Of a stretch of 64,000 nt of DNA, positions 25,762-38,827 are shown in pieces. How positions within the stretch are numbered: the stretch's first letter is position 1; each line of letters begins with the position of its first letter. Source of the DNA: Camelus dromedarius (Eukaryota); NCBI RefSeq assembly GCF_036321535.1, contig NC_087437.1, forward strand, positions 37,326,001-37,390,000, written 5' to 3'. The notes beneath the pieces are model-generated. The model was not told where the DNA came from, did no database searches, and saw nothing but the letters and a program-made list of their open reading frames with translations. The position numbers were made by a program, and so were the translations under genes.

Positions 25762-25875
25762 CAGTGCTTCTCAAGCCCAGATTACACTGGAAGCCCTGGA
25801 AGATATTTAAAAGCACCAATATCCAGTACCAGAAAAATTAAATCAAGATCTAGGGATGGAACTGGAGATTGGCTA
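25762..25875. mobile_element. MER5-like hAT-Charlie MITE fragment
   Basis: cagtgcttctcaa...ctggaagatatttaaaagcaccaatatccag...aattaaatcaagatctaggg. Confidence 0.55.
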
Positions 25876-26149
25876 TCAACACTGAGGTTACTTAATGAGT
25901 AACTCTGAGCTAATCTAAAAAGAAATGGTGTTTTCTCTTTTTATTGCTCTACATTTTCATTCCTCCCTTTAAATTTTATGGAGAGAAATAAAAATACCTA
26001 TAAATCAAAACTGTTAGCATGTTGATGATAAGTTGATGATAAACAAAGACATATACAAATCACAAACAAAAATAAAGGATTTTTTTTCCTACTACCCAAT
26101 GAAAATACTTTTTCAGGATTCTGTAATGTTTTTCAGGAATTTGGAGGTA

Positions 26150-26700
26150 ATTTTTCACATGTTCATCTTCACTAAGGTTCTCTTACTTGGCCTTTTCTGC
26201 TTCAATAATTGAAATTCTTCTTTTATAATCTCATTCATGCCCCAAACTTCCGTTTTCACCTTTACTAAATCAATCATTACTTGTATGTTTGTCTTCTTGT
26301 TTAACATATCAGACAACACTATGAAAATTTTCTTTGCCAATCTGGCATTTTCAATGCTGAAGTAATTATCATCCTTCCAAAAAAAAGCCTTGAAAATCTA
26401 GATTTCTCCATTTCTAACAGTAGTACCACTCTTTTATCAAAGTAATATGTTAGTTCTATCTTTAATGATCCTTCTCCCTCGTGCTTTCTGACTTTCCAAA
26501 TTGAACTTAAGCTTAATCACCGGCAACTGGCTGCTCTGCTGCTTACTCCAGAAATTTTGAAAATTGACTAGGGCACTTACTCAAACATCTTCAGTTTTCC
26601 ATTTTTCACCTAAAGCTAAATTTATCATTATTGACATTCAAGGGTCTCTTCACTCTACAACCAGAATATTCACTGAGCTGTAATCCAAACAATCTATTTA
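26150..26700 (+). mobile_element. L2 fragment (degenerate)
   Basis: Pyrimidine-rich L2-like motifs, e.g. gatttctccatttctaacagtagtaccactc and ctatctttaatgatccttctccctc. Confidence 0.45.
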
Positions 26701-29392
26701 TGTCATTCAAAAACCCACACATTTATTTAATTCAACTGAAAAGACAGGTGAACACGATCATAATCTTAAATGACACTTCCTTTAGTCATCTCCAATTTTA
26801 TATTAAAATACTGTTGAGTGCTGGAATTATTATTAAACTTTGTATTCTCCCAAAGACCTTACTAAGAATAAGATTTAATTAATTCAAAAATATATATTGA
26901 ATACAGTAGTGCAAAATGTCTATGGAATCTAAAATGTACAGGAAAAATAAAGTTACTAAGGCAATTTGAAAATTTCTCTGGGGAAAATACTTTACAACTC
27001 ATAACATTTCAGGGTGTGATGCTCATGCTTAAAATATCTATTATGGCATTCCAGTTTAGAAACTAAACAAAGTGGATTCTATGCAGGTATAAAGAGAACA
27101 ACTTATAAGTAACAGAACCAGAATGGTTCTGTAAGTTAGATGTAACTGGTCCTGGTCCAGAGTGTTTTACAAAACAACAGTTGGCTCTAATTCCCCACCT
27201 TTCTGTCATCTAGAATGACTTCACAGATCCCAATATAAAAATACAACATAAACCAAGGAGGATACTGTTGAAACAACACTTTAAATCCTATCTTGATTGA
27301 GCCCATGCAACCATGGCATTTAGCCTTTAGCCTATCCTAACTCAAGAAAGTATAGTATAGAAGTTTTTGTAATAAAACGTTTTTTTAGAGAATAACTCTG
27401 ATTTTGCCATCTACCTCAAAAATGTTTTGTGCAATGCAGAGTAGGAAGTAATTCAAAGAGAGAGTATTCAGTGGAAATTGCACTCATTCATTCAAAGATA
27501 CTTAACAAAAAGCTTGGAGCATTAATGGCTTTGGCCTCTCATTCTGCTTACATCCAACACAGAGTGTTAAGTACTGATTTCAACATGAATCTACCTATCT
27601 TACTTATGCTGATGCAAAATATTAAGAAGGATTTATTCTTTTTCTTTCTCTGAGATAGCTCTGCAGCAGTTCTGGAACACAGATCTTGACTGTTAAAAAT
27701 CATAAAAAAAAAAAAAAAGACAAACTATCCATTTCAGTTAAGACAGTTTTGTGGAAGAGCAGGTGGCTGATAAAAAGGCCCAATCCTCGGTGTTGAGGCA
27801 AAAACAGCAGCTGAAGAGCAAAGAGCACCCCGTCCTGTGGAGTTTAAATTAAATTCAGATTTGTTTCAGCAGGGCCTTAATAGAGTCTCCATGATTGGGA
27901 TGCTTTGGCTAAGCTGGTATCTCCGGGTGCTTCTGCTATGTCGAAGCCTGTTTAGTCTTTTCTGTACGCTCAATAAAATGGCATTAGTGATACCCAACTG
28001 CTATAGGTATTAAATGTGTGGTCATTCTTTGTGACCTCATGCTACAGTTCTTAAATCAAGCTATAAGAAAAACATAACCTTAGTACTGTTTGAGTCGCCT
28101 TCTTTATTTATCACCAGTATTGAATCTTTACTATCTTACTTTTCCAGTCATAACTGCCAACCCCACTGCCTCATCTCCAGCTAAATCTGCTCTGCCTGGA
28201 GAAGCTCCTTCTGTCAGTAATTAAGGAAAACTCTGCCTCTGGAAGGAGTGCCATTACAAAGCAGAGACAGCAGCCACTATTAACACAGTGGTGTTTAACT
28301 GGTGGTAACTTTTAAAAGACGTTTCATTTAGTCACCATAGAGAGGAGAATAGAAGTAAAAGAAGGATGAAAATTTGACAGATGAGAAGTCAGATAAACTC
28401 TGTTTTCTTGATCTCCCTTATTTTTCTTTCTTTTACAATAGCTCTTCATATGTTTCTTTTGTCTTTTCGGTGTGGACTGAGAGCTGTTAGCTCTCTGTAA
28501 GCATTAAAAGCGGAATAGAACAGGCCTCCCAACCAATTACTGTGTTTACACGGGGAAGCTTGGTCTCCTGCTGCCTTTAGGCTGCAGGAAATTTAGGGAT
28601 GGGTTTCATTCCACCACCTGTCTCCTTTGATACATTTCAAGTATCCCAATACAGACATAAACAGTATGTAGGCAAGTAACATGTGTATTTTATTTAACCC
28701 AGCAACATGTCAATTTTACTTTGGCAGCCATGAAATACTAAATAAAAATCCCATTTTTATTTGGAAAACTTTCAGATTACAAAGGCTATGTAGCTTTGGA
28801 GGCTTACCACAAGATGCTCTGGATATGGTACAGTAACAATGGTCTTAGGATATGTGGGCCTATATAATCAGTTTAGTGGTCAGTCAGTTCAATCATCTTG
28901 GGTGAAAACAAATGAAGGAAATTATAGTGAGTATAATAGAAGAAAATTGAAATACAAATGAAAAAAGTGTACTAAGTCAACTTATTACTAATTGGGAGAC
29001 TGAATAGTACTAGCTCATATTCATTGAAACTGCTTTTACAACTTTCAATATTTCAACCTTCAGAAATAATGGGCTCCACTCTACGTGAGGGTGTCTGAAG
29101 GCATCTGAAGAATACTTTGTGAATGATTTTATTACTCACAATCCATCCCTATTGATGGGCAGAATGCTGAGGACTGCCCACTACATCTTGGTTCTTTAAT
29201 CTTGCTAAAGTGAAAGTGGTGGATAGATGCAGTGAAATTTCAGAAATTAACCTAATGGGAGACTCCTATATTTTTCTCCAATTCTTCCCCACCAAAATAA
29301 AAGCAGAAACTGTTTTTTTCTCAAATTGTTTTAAAGTTTAACTCTTTATAGTTAGTCTTAATAAAAAAATTCATGACCATCTAAGACATTCT

Positions 29393-29696
29393 GTTTTTTA
29401 ACATTTTTTATTGAGTTATAGTCATTTTAAAATGTTGTGTCAAATTCCAGTGTAGAGCACAATTTTTCAGTTATACATGAACATACATAGATTCACTGTC
29501 ACATTTTTTTTTCGCTGTGAGCTACCACAAGATCTTGTATCTATTTCCCTGTGCTATACAGTATAATCTTGTTTATCTATTCTGCATGTGCCTGTCAGTA
29601 TCTACAAATTTTGAGCTCAGCAGTCTATCCTTTCCAACCCCCCTCCCCCTTGGCAACCACAAGTTTGTATTCTATGTCTATGTCTATGAATCTGTT
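29393..29696 (-). mobile_element. Young camelid-type L1 3' end (5' truncated)
   Basis: Reverse complement of the 30696-30999 element; starts with a T tail; TSD taagacattct (29382-29392) / taagatattct (29697-29707). Confidence 0.9.
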
Positions 29697-30695
29697 TAAG
29701 ATATTCTTGAAATATAAGAGCGCCAAAAGATATGTATTTGTTTATTGAGTTGCTGTCACTATTACAAATCTTTACTGTCTGTGTTTACTATAGAGACTTC
29801 TTACTATTTCCATTTCTCCAGGCTTTCAAATTTACTCTTATAATTTGAAGTTATTTCCTTACTGGTGCGTTAGTGACATGAACTGTGTTATCAAGGTGAA
29901 CCAATTCTCACTGGCACTTTGCAGTATTTATCACAGTTTCTTAAATGTAAAATAATGAAATAAAGATATTTCAAAACTATATAAGCATATTCTTTTATAA
30001 ATTAATTTAAAATATTTTTAAGAATGTGCACTACATGATTACTTTACATAGAAATCACAACTAGTTGGATTATCATGAAAAATAAAGTTTTATTTCCCTT
30101 TTCCTATTGTAATAATGTTCTTACAACTTTGATATTCTTAGTCTTTATGCCACTTAAAAATATAAATTTTTGTTAACATGAGATGGAGTTCACATATTTC
30201 TCCTAAATAAAAAATTAATTTTTCAATAGAATATATGCTAATAATGCCAAACATTTTTGGTATTCATGTGTATTTAAGGGGGTCTGGATGGATAAACATC
30301 TAAGTGATAATTTAGATTGTCTATGTAGAGTCATGGGTGTGCTCACCTCATTCTTAGTAACTAATAGTTACTGTTTTTCTAAATTAAGACACTCATTTTC
30401 TATTAACTATCTGATCACAATTTTTAAAATAATAAAAATTATAAAAGGGTAGATTTGAGATAATTTGCTGACAAATATAACAACTTTAAATTTTCTGAGA
30501 GAACCCAGCTTCATCTTATTGTGTCTCTGGTAAAAGATTTAAGGATTCTTAGCCAAGCTAGGTGTCTTAACACTTGAAGGAGAATTGTTTCTTTACTGTT
30601 TAAAAGAAGTACAATGACCTTTTTTTGTTTGTTTGCTTGCTGGAAAACGAACAATGTCAAGAAAATGGTAACTAAAAAGATGATACCCAGTTATC

Positions 30696-30999
30696 TAAAC
30701 ACAAAACAGAAATAGACTCATAGACATAGAATACAAACTTGTGGTTGCCAAGGGGGCAGAGGGTGGGAAGGGATAGACAGGATTTCAAAACTGTAGATAA
30801 ACAAGATTATACTATATAGCACAGGGAAATATACACAAGATCTTATGGTAGCTCACAGAGAAAAAAATGTGACAATGAATATATATACATATGTTCATGT
30901 ATAACTGAAAAATTGTGCTCTACACGAATTTGACACAACATTGTAAAGTGATTATAAATCGATAAAAAATGTTAAAAACTAAAATAAAATAAAAAAATT
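30696..30999 (+). mobile_element. Young camelid-type L1 3' end (5' truncated)
   Basis: aaaacagaaatagactcatagacatagaatacaaacttgtggttgccaaggggg...A-rich tail; perfect 21-bp TSD aaaagatgatacccagttatc at 30675-30695 and 31000-31020. Confidence 0.93.
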
Positions 31000-31839
31000 A
31001 AAAGATGATACCCAGTTATCAATATCAATGCTAAATAGGCTGGGAGGGCTTAGGAAGCCAGACAGAAATAATTAATAGAGTCAAGTTGACCCATGAGAAA
31101 ATTTTTTTCTTCTCTTTTCTTTTTTTTTTTTTTTCACTTACATGCTCCCTAGAGTCTTTTTCTAGAGTCTTTTTCCTCCTGGTGCCTAATATTAGACAAC
31201 TGATACACATAGACTAATGGAAAAGCATTTGAGTTTTGAAAGCAGATTAAATTGCATTCAATTCTTACAAAAGAGTATTTAATCCTATCAATTTCCCTTT
31301 AAGGTAACCTCAATTCACATGCATTACACTGGAAGAAAAAAATCTTCCAGGAGATAAAGTTGATCATTTCAAAAGTAGACAAGAAAGAGAGACTCTTGGG
31401 AGTAAAAGTATTTATCCCAACATGGGAGCAGCGAGGGGAAGAATTCTACACAACATTCTAGAGATAGAACATGAGTGCTACTTTCTTAGATAGGGAGGGA
31501 GAGGGACAACTGGATGAGAAATACTTGCTGTTTGTGAGACTGGGAAGATTGGAAGAAGTGAATAGAAATTCAGTGAATCAACTTTTTCTAGTGCTTCCTT
31601 GTAGCCGATACACTTCTCTGGATTTGACAGATTATTGTGAACAGAGCCTTTGATCTTGGGAAGAAATAAGCTAAAGCAGAGATCAACTGAGTTTTTGAAT
31701 ACATCTCTGAATTTACAATAGAAACCACAGCCTCTGAAAACAAGTTCTTTGAAAAGCTTAACATTTTACCGTACACACACGTTTATCTTAAAAGGTTATC
31801 TTTAGCTATCTGTATCAAATATAGTCCTTGGCAAATCTT

Positions 31840-32217
31840 TGTATTCATTTTCTATTGCCACTATAACATATTACTGCAAACTGGGTAGCTGAGCCCAAAT
31901 TTATGAATATTTGGGACATCTCACTGGGGGTCAGAAGCCCAAAGTGAATCTTAGCTAAGACCAAGGAGACACTGGAGCTTTTTTCCTTCTGGAGGCTCTA
32001 TGAGAATATCTGTTTTCCTGTCTTTTCCAGCTTCTAGATGCTGCATACATTCCTTGGCTTGTGACCCCTTTCCATTTTCAAAGCCAGCAAAGTACATTCG
32101 AGTCTTTCTCATATATATCACTCTGACACTGACTCTTCTGCTTCCCTTTTTTTTTTCTTATGCAAGTATAGTTAGTTACAATGTGTCAATTTCTAGTGTG
32201 AGCATGATGTCCCAGTC

Positions 32218-32251
<34 letters not shown>

Positions 32252-32608
32252 AGATATTTGTGTGTGTATATATTTCACATTCTTTTTCATTAAAAGTTAC
32301 TGCAAGATATTGAATATAGTTTCCTGTGCTATAGAGAAGAAATGTTTTAGCTACTTATATGTATAGTGGTTATCATTTGCATATCTCAAACTCCCAAATT
32401 TGCCTCCCTCTCTTTCAAGAACCTTGTGGCTACATTGAACTCACTGAGATAACCCAGGATCGTCTCACTATTTTAGAATCAGCTGGTTAGTGAATGACTT
32501 TAATTTCACCTGCTACCTTAATTCCCCTTTGTCATAAAACAGCATATTCACAGGTTCTGGGCATTAGAACATGGACATATTTGAGAAGCCATTATTTTGC
32601 CTACAACA
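31840..32608 (-). mobile_element. MaLR solo LTR (MLT1D-like) interrupted by an L1
   Basis: tgtattcattttctattgcc...ccttctggaggctcta...ttttccagcttctaga...cacaggttctgggcattagaacatggacat...gcctacaaca. Confidence 0.88.
32148..32400 (-). mobile_element. L1 3' end (artiodactyl/camelid type) with internal (TA)n(TG)n, nested in the MLT1D
   Basis: T tail, then aagtatagttagttacaatgtgtc...caagatattgaatatagtttcctgtgctata...aaactcccaaatt; TSD tgcttccct (32139-32147) / tgcctccct (32401-32409). Confidence 0.85.
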
Positions 32609-32815
32609 TAACCAAAAGAGGAGAGAGTTTCTGAATAGATCTCCAAATTGGTAACAGTAACCACCAGTTTTAAAGCCGTGTTCTTATTTGCAGAACCTGA
32701 GCATTCTGAGGTATACACACACCCACACTCCTTCACACTCATACACACATTTATCTCAAAAGGTTTTCTTTAGCTATCTTTAACTATCAAAAGCTAATCC
32801 TTGGTAAAATCAGGC

Positions 32816-33265
32816 TGTATTAGTTTCCCGTGAATGCTCTAACAAATTATCACAAACAAAATGGCTTAAAGCAATAGAAATTTATCCTCTTGCAGCTCCG
32901 GAAGCCAGAAGTCTGAACTCAAGGTTTTGTTGGGGCCATGCGTTCTCCAGGGGCTTTAGTGGAAATCTGTTCATTGCTTTTTACAGTTTCTTGTGGCCAC
33001 TGGCACTCTTTGGCTTTAGTCACAGCTCCATTCTCTTCCTCCATCCTCATTGTCTTCTTCCCTGTGTGTGTCTGCCTAATCTTCCACTGCCTCCCTCTTA
33101 TACAGATACTTGTGATGGTATTTAGGACCTACCTGAATAATCCTGTGTGATCTCCTCATCTCCATATCCTGAAATACATGGGCAAAAACCCTCTTTCCAG
33201 TAGCATTTACATGTTCTGGGGATTAGGATTTGTATATATTGTTGGGGCTACTGTTCAACTAACTT
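32816..33265 (-). mobile_element. MaLR solo LTR (MLT1C-like)
   Basis: tgtattagtttcc...aacaaattatcacaaac...tggcttaaagcaatagaaatttatcctcttgcag...gccagaagtctgaactcaagg...ggggattagga. Confidence 0.85.
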
Positions 33266-35959
33266 TAAGGTCATAAAATGTAGAACACAGAATTAAATTA
33301 GAAAGTGTGATTTAAAACATAAGAGCTAATTTTCTCATCACACAGAAAAGAAATGAAGTTAATTTCTGGGCCACAGTTTGAAAGAGCCTAAGAACTGAAA
33401 GATGACTAATAAATTTTAATAAAGTTAGACAGAGGACAGTGTTCCAGAGATAGCAATGACTGATTCTTATACTAGGCCAAATCCTAAGTAGGAGGAGGGA
33501 GAGGGGAAATACGAAACATGGATAAGCTTAGGGATCCTTGAAGGTTTAAGGAATATGCTTTTAGTTTCCTAAGGAAAAGTCTGGGATACTGCAAGCCTAT
33601 TAGAGAACTTTAAACATCTAGCTTGATGCCAGAGCAATTGACAAACAAGTGCATGAGATGCCAAGTTAAATAGAAATTCAGTAAGATAATGAGACAGCTA
33701 GATATATGAACTAGGAAACAGAGGACACACACAGTTTTAGGCTCCCAGAATAGTGTAAATAGTACATCTGAATAGTTCCTATCCTCCTGAGAGAAACAAA
33801 AACTTAACTACCTGTGAGCTAGTCAATCTGGAGACACATCATGTCTGGAAAGAGGATGATGGAGAGAGAGCCAATTAGACATGGAAACAGAAAAGCAAAA
33901 AAAAGTTAATGGAAGCATTAGAGATGCAAAGGCAGCACAAAAGTTTCCTGACGACCAAAGACCAGAAGGGATTATGTACATTTGCAAAGTCTTGTAGCAG
34001 ACAGAGGCCCATAATGAACCATATGCCCTGTTCCCCTGGATGCTACAATAACCCGCGAAGCACTGCAAATTAGGTCCATTGAGCAGAAGTGGAGAAGGAG
34101 AAGGAAGGAAAACCCTGCACCATGTTTACTATTGTTATTCAAAAAAGTAAGTAGAAAACCAACAAGCTAAACTAAATTCAGTCACAGAGATACAAAGTTC
34201 CTTCTTTTCTTTTTACCGGCGAACTGTGTAAATGTGTAACTTTGTACTCATTACACTTCTAATCCTTCTATATTTTCCAATCAAGTGGTAGTCAGGGCCA
34301 TGCTAGAAAGTACACGAGAAAACCCACTAATTCCCAAAGAGACTGTTTTACCTGTCCAGCTTTATAAGTATATTTTCCTAACCTTGACCTAAATACAAAA
34401 AAACAAAATTACTCTGGTTGCATTTATCTAATGAGTCAGAGAGATTTAAGGAACAGACACAAAAGGTCATATACTCTGAAGATCACTAGCTCTACACAAT
34501 AGGAATCAACTCTTTGAGGTTAGTTAAGGGCATGTGTGGGTGTGTGTGGGTGTGTTTTTTTTTTCTGTGAGTGCTATTTTGTATGTGTGAGTGAGCTAAC
34601 TTGATCATTTCTGCAGTTCTCTGATCATCACTCCAAAATAAGTTTAAAGATTATATCAAGGTTAGAACATTGATTCCTATTTTCTATTAATATCCTTTAA
34701 GCAAACTAATATTATGGCCAGAAAATAATCTACTATTGCATTTGGATTTCAATATATCTCTATCTCTAAGAGTTTGTTATAGTGTTTAGTATTTTGTTCT
34801 TCTGTTTTAGAATCAAATTTATTTCAACACCTTTAATTTTCCATCCTATCCAGCCTTCTCATTTTTATTCTTGCATCTGTCATAAATATTTCATAGCTAA
34901 ACGATAAACTCAGGGGAAAGAAAGAATATTTCACACCTATGCTGCTGAAAATGAAACAGATTTTTTTTGCACACATTTTAACAGCTTTAGTGTGTGGCCT
35001 TACACCTTTAGTTTCCTATAAAAACCCCCTTTTATGAATCATAAATAGCACTAGTTATATAAACCAAAGTCAGAGTATTTTAAATGGCTCAAAGCAATAG
35101 CAGGGCAAACCTGTTCTTTTCATATTTGGAAATCTCTCTTTATTCAGCTTGTAATGATATTAAGCAAACTTGGTGTTTTACATAAAAGTATAATCATTAT
35201 ATTTTATTTTTGTGAATTAGATACAATTGGGCACAAGAGTGGAAATGTGTATACTAGAGGAGTTACTGACATTTATAAAAATGGCTATAAATGAAAATGA
35301 ATTTAAAAAATCACAGAAATGAAAGAAACAGTTCTATCTGAATGTACATAAAGAAATACTTCAAGAAATTATTCCATTGTGTCTATTTTAACCATGTGTA
35401 AGGAACGGATTTGTATTTGCACAAATGTAGTGATATTCATATTTATTTATATATTATAATAATAGTTCTGATAATAAGACTATAGGTCTGTCTTACCTAT
35501 TTAAAACATTATCAGTCTATCTTATCTTAAAGGTATATCTAGTTCAGAGCCTAGATCTTTTTTTTCCCCCACATCATCTATAATTGTAATGGAATCTTTG
35601 GAAAAAATATAGATGTTGAGTAATTTAAATCATTCTGAAGGAATTTTTATAACCCACTATATTTACTGTGGGCAAGGAGACCACAAGTTCTGATCTGCCT
35701 TGTAGAACTTAAGTTTCTCATATTTCCTAGGTACCTTTCTTTTTCTTGTATTATCAAGTTTCCCTCAATTTTCATAAATCTGAAGGCATCATATTGTATA
35801 TGGCTCACTGCATATTTCTTTTAATTATTTCACTAAATTCCTTTCATGGGAGGAGTTTACTTGGCCTTGCAAAAATCTAATTCTGCATATTAAAGCTTCT
35901 GTAGGTATTGCACAGAATTCACCTGGGTACCTTCTGCCACACCTACTTTATTTCAAAGA

Positions 35960-37100
35960 AGTTAGAGAGGTAAGTTGTGTCAAAAGCTCTTGATAGCTTA
36001 AACCAGGTAAAATTGAGACTTAATCATTGGATTTACCAATATAGAAGTTAGTAGGAATATTAAAAGGGAATTTACAATAGGAATAGTGGAGGCAAAATCA
36101 TGATTGAGTAGTTTAAGTGAAAATAAAAGCAGAATAATAGGAAATATGGAGCACAGAAAGTCCTTTAAGATTCTTTTTCTAAAAAGGGAGAAGAAAAATG
36201 AGGTTGCTGCAGAAGGCGAAATATGTGTTCAAGATAGGGTATTGGTTTTGTGTGTGTGTTTGTTAGTTTGTATAAACTGCAAGAAAGAACAACTTTTTCA
36301 TATCTGATAGAATAGTGCTGTAAAGCATCAAAGTATTAATACAGGATAGAGACAAGAAAATTGATTTTAAAAAACTGATGTCTCTGAAAAGGAGAGAAGG
36401 GCTGGGTTTTTACACAAATTTGAAAGGACTGGCTTCAGTGCATCCAAAAAGATGGAAATTTAGGTAGGAAGTTAGTGTAATAAGGACTTTTGTAACATCT
36501 CTTTTAGTTGCTTCTGTTTTACCAGTGATTAAGGGAAAAATGTCTGTCAACTAAGAGTATGGAAGGGGAGAAAGTATTAGAGTCCTGAGAAGAGAAAAAG
36601 AATGAAATCGTCATCCAGGAGAGTGAGAGAGTAAATAGAAAAAAACATACTGTAGCAAGGTGTTCTTGTCACTTGAGACCCCTTAAAGCTATGAATTCAA
36701 AGTGGGTCCTGCTGTCTGTCACTGTTGTGCACCTTTCTGTAGCTAAATTCAGCTGCAAGCATCCAGGAGGAAACAAAGGATTTGGGGCTAAAAAAATCAT
36801 AATAAAGGACCATAAATTCCAAGTTATGCAAAGAAGGAAATGAGGACATGAAGTTGGGAGCAGCAGGGAAAAATGTGTAGACCTAATGAGATGCTGGTCC
36901 CAGGAGGCTTAAAAAACTGTTTGAGCCAGAGGAGTAGGAGAAATGATCTGGAAACAGTGCAGGTGACTGGCAAAATAGGATACTTAAAATTGAGATGATG
37001 AAAGGCTTGCAGTGGTTGGGAATAGAAAGAGGTCATAACATGAAAGGGTTCTGAATGAAACAGTGACCAAAGAAGTGACTGATACTTTAACTCAAGTAAG
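35960..37100 (-). mobile_element. L2 element (degenerate)
   Basis: tgtgtcaaaagctcttgatag...cattggatttaccaatatagaag...agtggaggcaaaatcatgattgagtag is antisense L2. Confidence 0.65.
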
Positions 37101-37110
37101 AGATGAAGGG

Positions 37111-37225
37111 CAGGCGGAGGGTACAGCTCAGTGGTAGAGTGCTTGCTTAGCATGCATGAGGTCCTGCGTTCAATCCACAGTATCTATCGCCATTAAAATA
37201 AATAAATAAATAAACTTAAAAAAGA
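37111..37225 (+). mobile_element. tRNA-Ala-derived SINE (camelid Vic-1-like)
   Basis: ggagggtacagctcagtggtagagtgcttgcttagcatgcatgaggtcctgcgttcaatcc: Pol III A box, B box at 37168-37176, AGC anticodon-loop remnant, (TAAA)n tail; TSD aagagatgaaggg/aagaagtgaaggg. Confidence 0.9.
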
Positions 37226-38149
37226 AAGAAGTGAAGGGAATATTCAAAACAGATTTAGGAACTTTTGGATGTCTGACTATAAAATTCATGGAGCACAGTA
37301 GAATTTTAAGAGTCATGTAAGGGTGGGAAATGAGACCAGAAAACAACGTGTAAGATCTGTGTGTAAGGGTTTGAGCTATCAGACCTAACCTGTAAATTGA
37401 ACATTCTTATTGTAAATAGGGCTAAAAAATATAATGAGTTCTGTATAGATGCTCCCAGATAGAAAGTGCTAAACAAGCTTGAAATTGGGGAAAACTCATC
37501 TTAAAAATGGAGACTCTGGTATCTTTTTCACTTGTGACAATGTTTGCATGAGGGAGGAAGAAGTTTTTAAGAGGAAGTAGAAAATGCAATGAAAAACAGT
37601 AAACCATGAACAACAGAACAGACAACCTCAAATTTTTAAAAAATAGAACTTCTAGAAATAATATAAATATTTAAATTAAAAACTTTATAAGTGGGCTAAA
37701 GAATGCATTAGATTAAATGAAGAGAGTCATAATATAGAAAGTATAGGTCTGAGTAAATTACCCACAAGAGAGTGAAGAAGAAAGAGACAGAAGTGTGAAA
37801 GATGCACAGAGGAATGAATGAGCAGCTCCAATACTAGTTGACAAGAAACTTAGAGAGATAATGGTGAAAAAACAGTATTTCAAGAGTAGTTAATGAAATT
37901 TTCTAAAATTAAAGAAAGACATCGATCTGAGTTTAAAAGAATCTCTTCCAAGTCCACAGATGGGTAAACAGCCTTTAAAAACTCTGATGGACACATGGTG
38001 ACATGCAGCAGAAGACCAAAGGCAAAGAACAAATGCTAAACAAACAGAAAGTAATAAAGTAAAATCTACAAATCAATGGCATTTTGATCCAAAGACATCT
38101 TCAAGTGTAAGTAAATGTGAGTAAATGATAGAGAAGTAAATTGAAAGGG

Positions 38150-38528
38150 TATCTTTTTGTCTGTCCTGATTGCTATAGCAGAATACAAAAGACTGGGTGG
38201 TTTAAAACAACAGAAATTTATTTCTCCCAGTTCTGGAGGCTGAACCTGCTCTGGGAAGAGCAAGATCAAGGTGCCAGCCGATTTGGTGTCTGGTGAGAGC
38301 CCACTTCCTGGTTCACAGGCAGCTACCTTTTCCGGGGGCTTCTCATGGCAGAGGGGCAAAGGCGAGCTCCAGATCTCCTTCATAGCAGTGATCCCATTCA
38401 TGTGTGCTCTGCCCTCATAACCAAGTCACCTTTCATCATATGCCACGCCTCCTCATACTAGCTCATGGGGAGTTAAAATGTCCACATATGAATTTGGGGC
38501 GAGAGACACAAATATTCTGTCTATAGCA
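38150..38528 (-). mobile_element. MaLR solo LTR (MLT1A-like)
   Basis: gactgggtggtttaaaacaacagaaatttatttctcccagttctggaggctg...caagatcaaggtgccagccgatttggtgtctggtgag...tctatagca; TSD aaggg/caggg. Confidence 0.9.
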
Positions 38529-38827
38529 CAGGGCTTAGGAAAAATTATTTAACTCATTTTTTCATACCAATGACAATATTTTCACAGGGAGGAAAAACTG
38601 AAGACATTTACTAAAAATAATTGATACAATTTAATATGTACAGACTCTAAGAATGAAAAAAAGGTCTTTAGGTTGATGAGAAATGATACCAGTAGAAATT
38701 TGGATATTCAGGTAGGAATGAAAAGCAGTGGGTATGATCTTGATAAATATAAAAACTTTTTTTCTCCCAACTTCTTTAAAATAAATAAGACTAAATCAAA
38801 CATCATAATACTTTACTGGAGAACTGA

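Noticed and set aside
37115..37190. tRNA-Ala gene
   Set aside because: The acceptor and T arms are degenerate, and it is followed by a (TAAA)n tail and flanked by a TSD, so it is a SINE.
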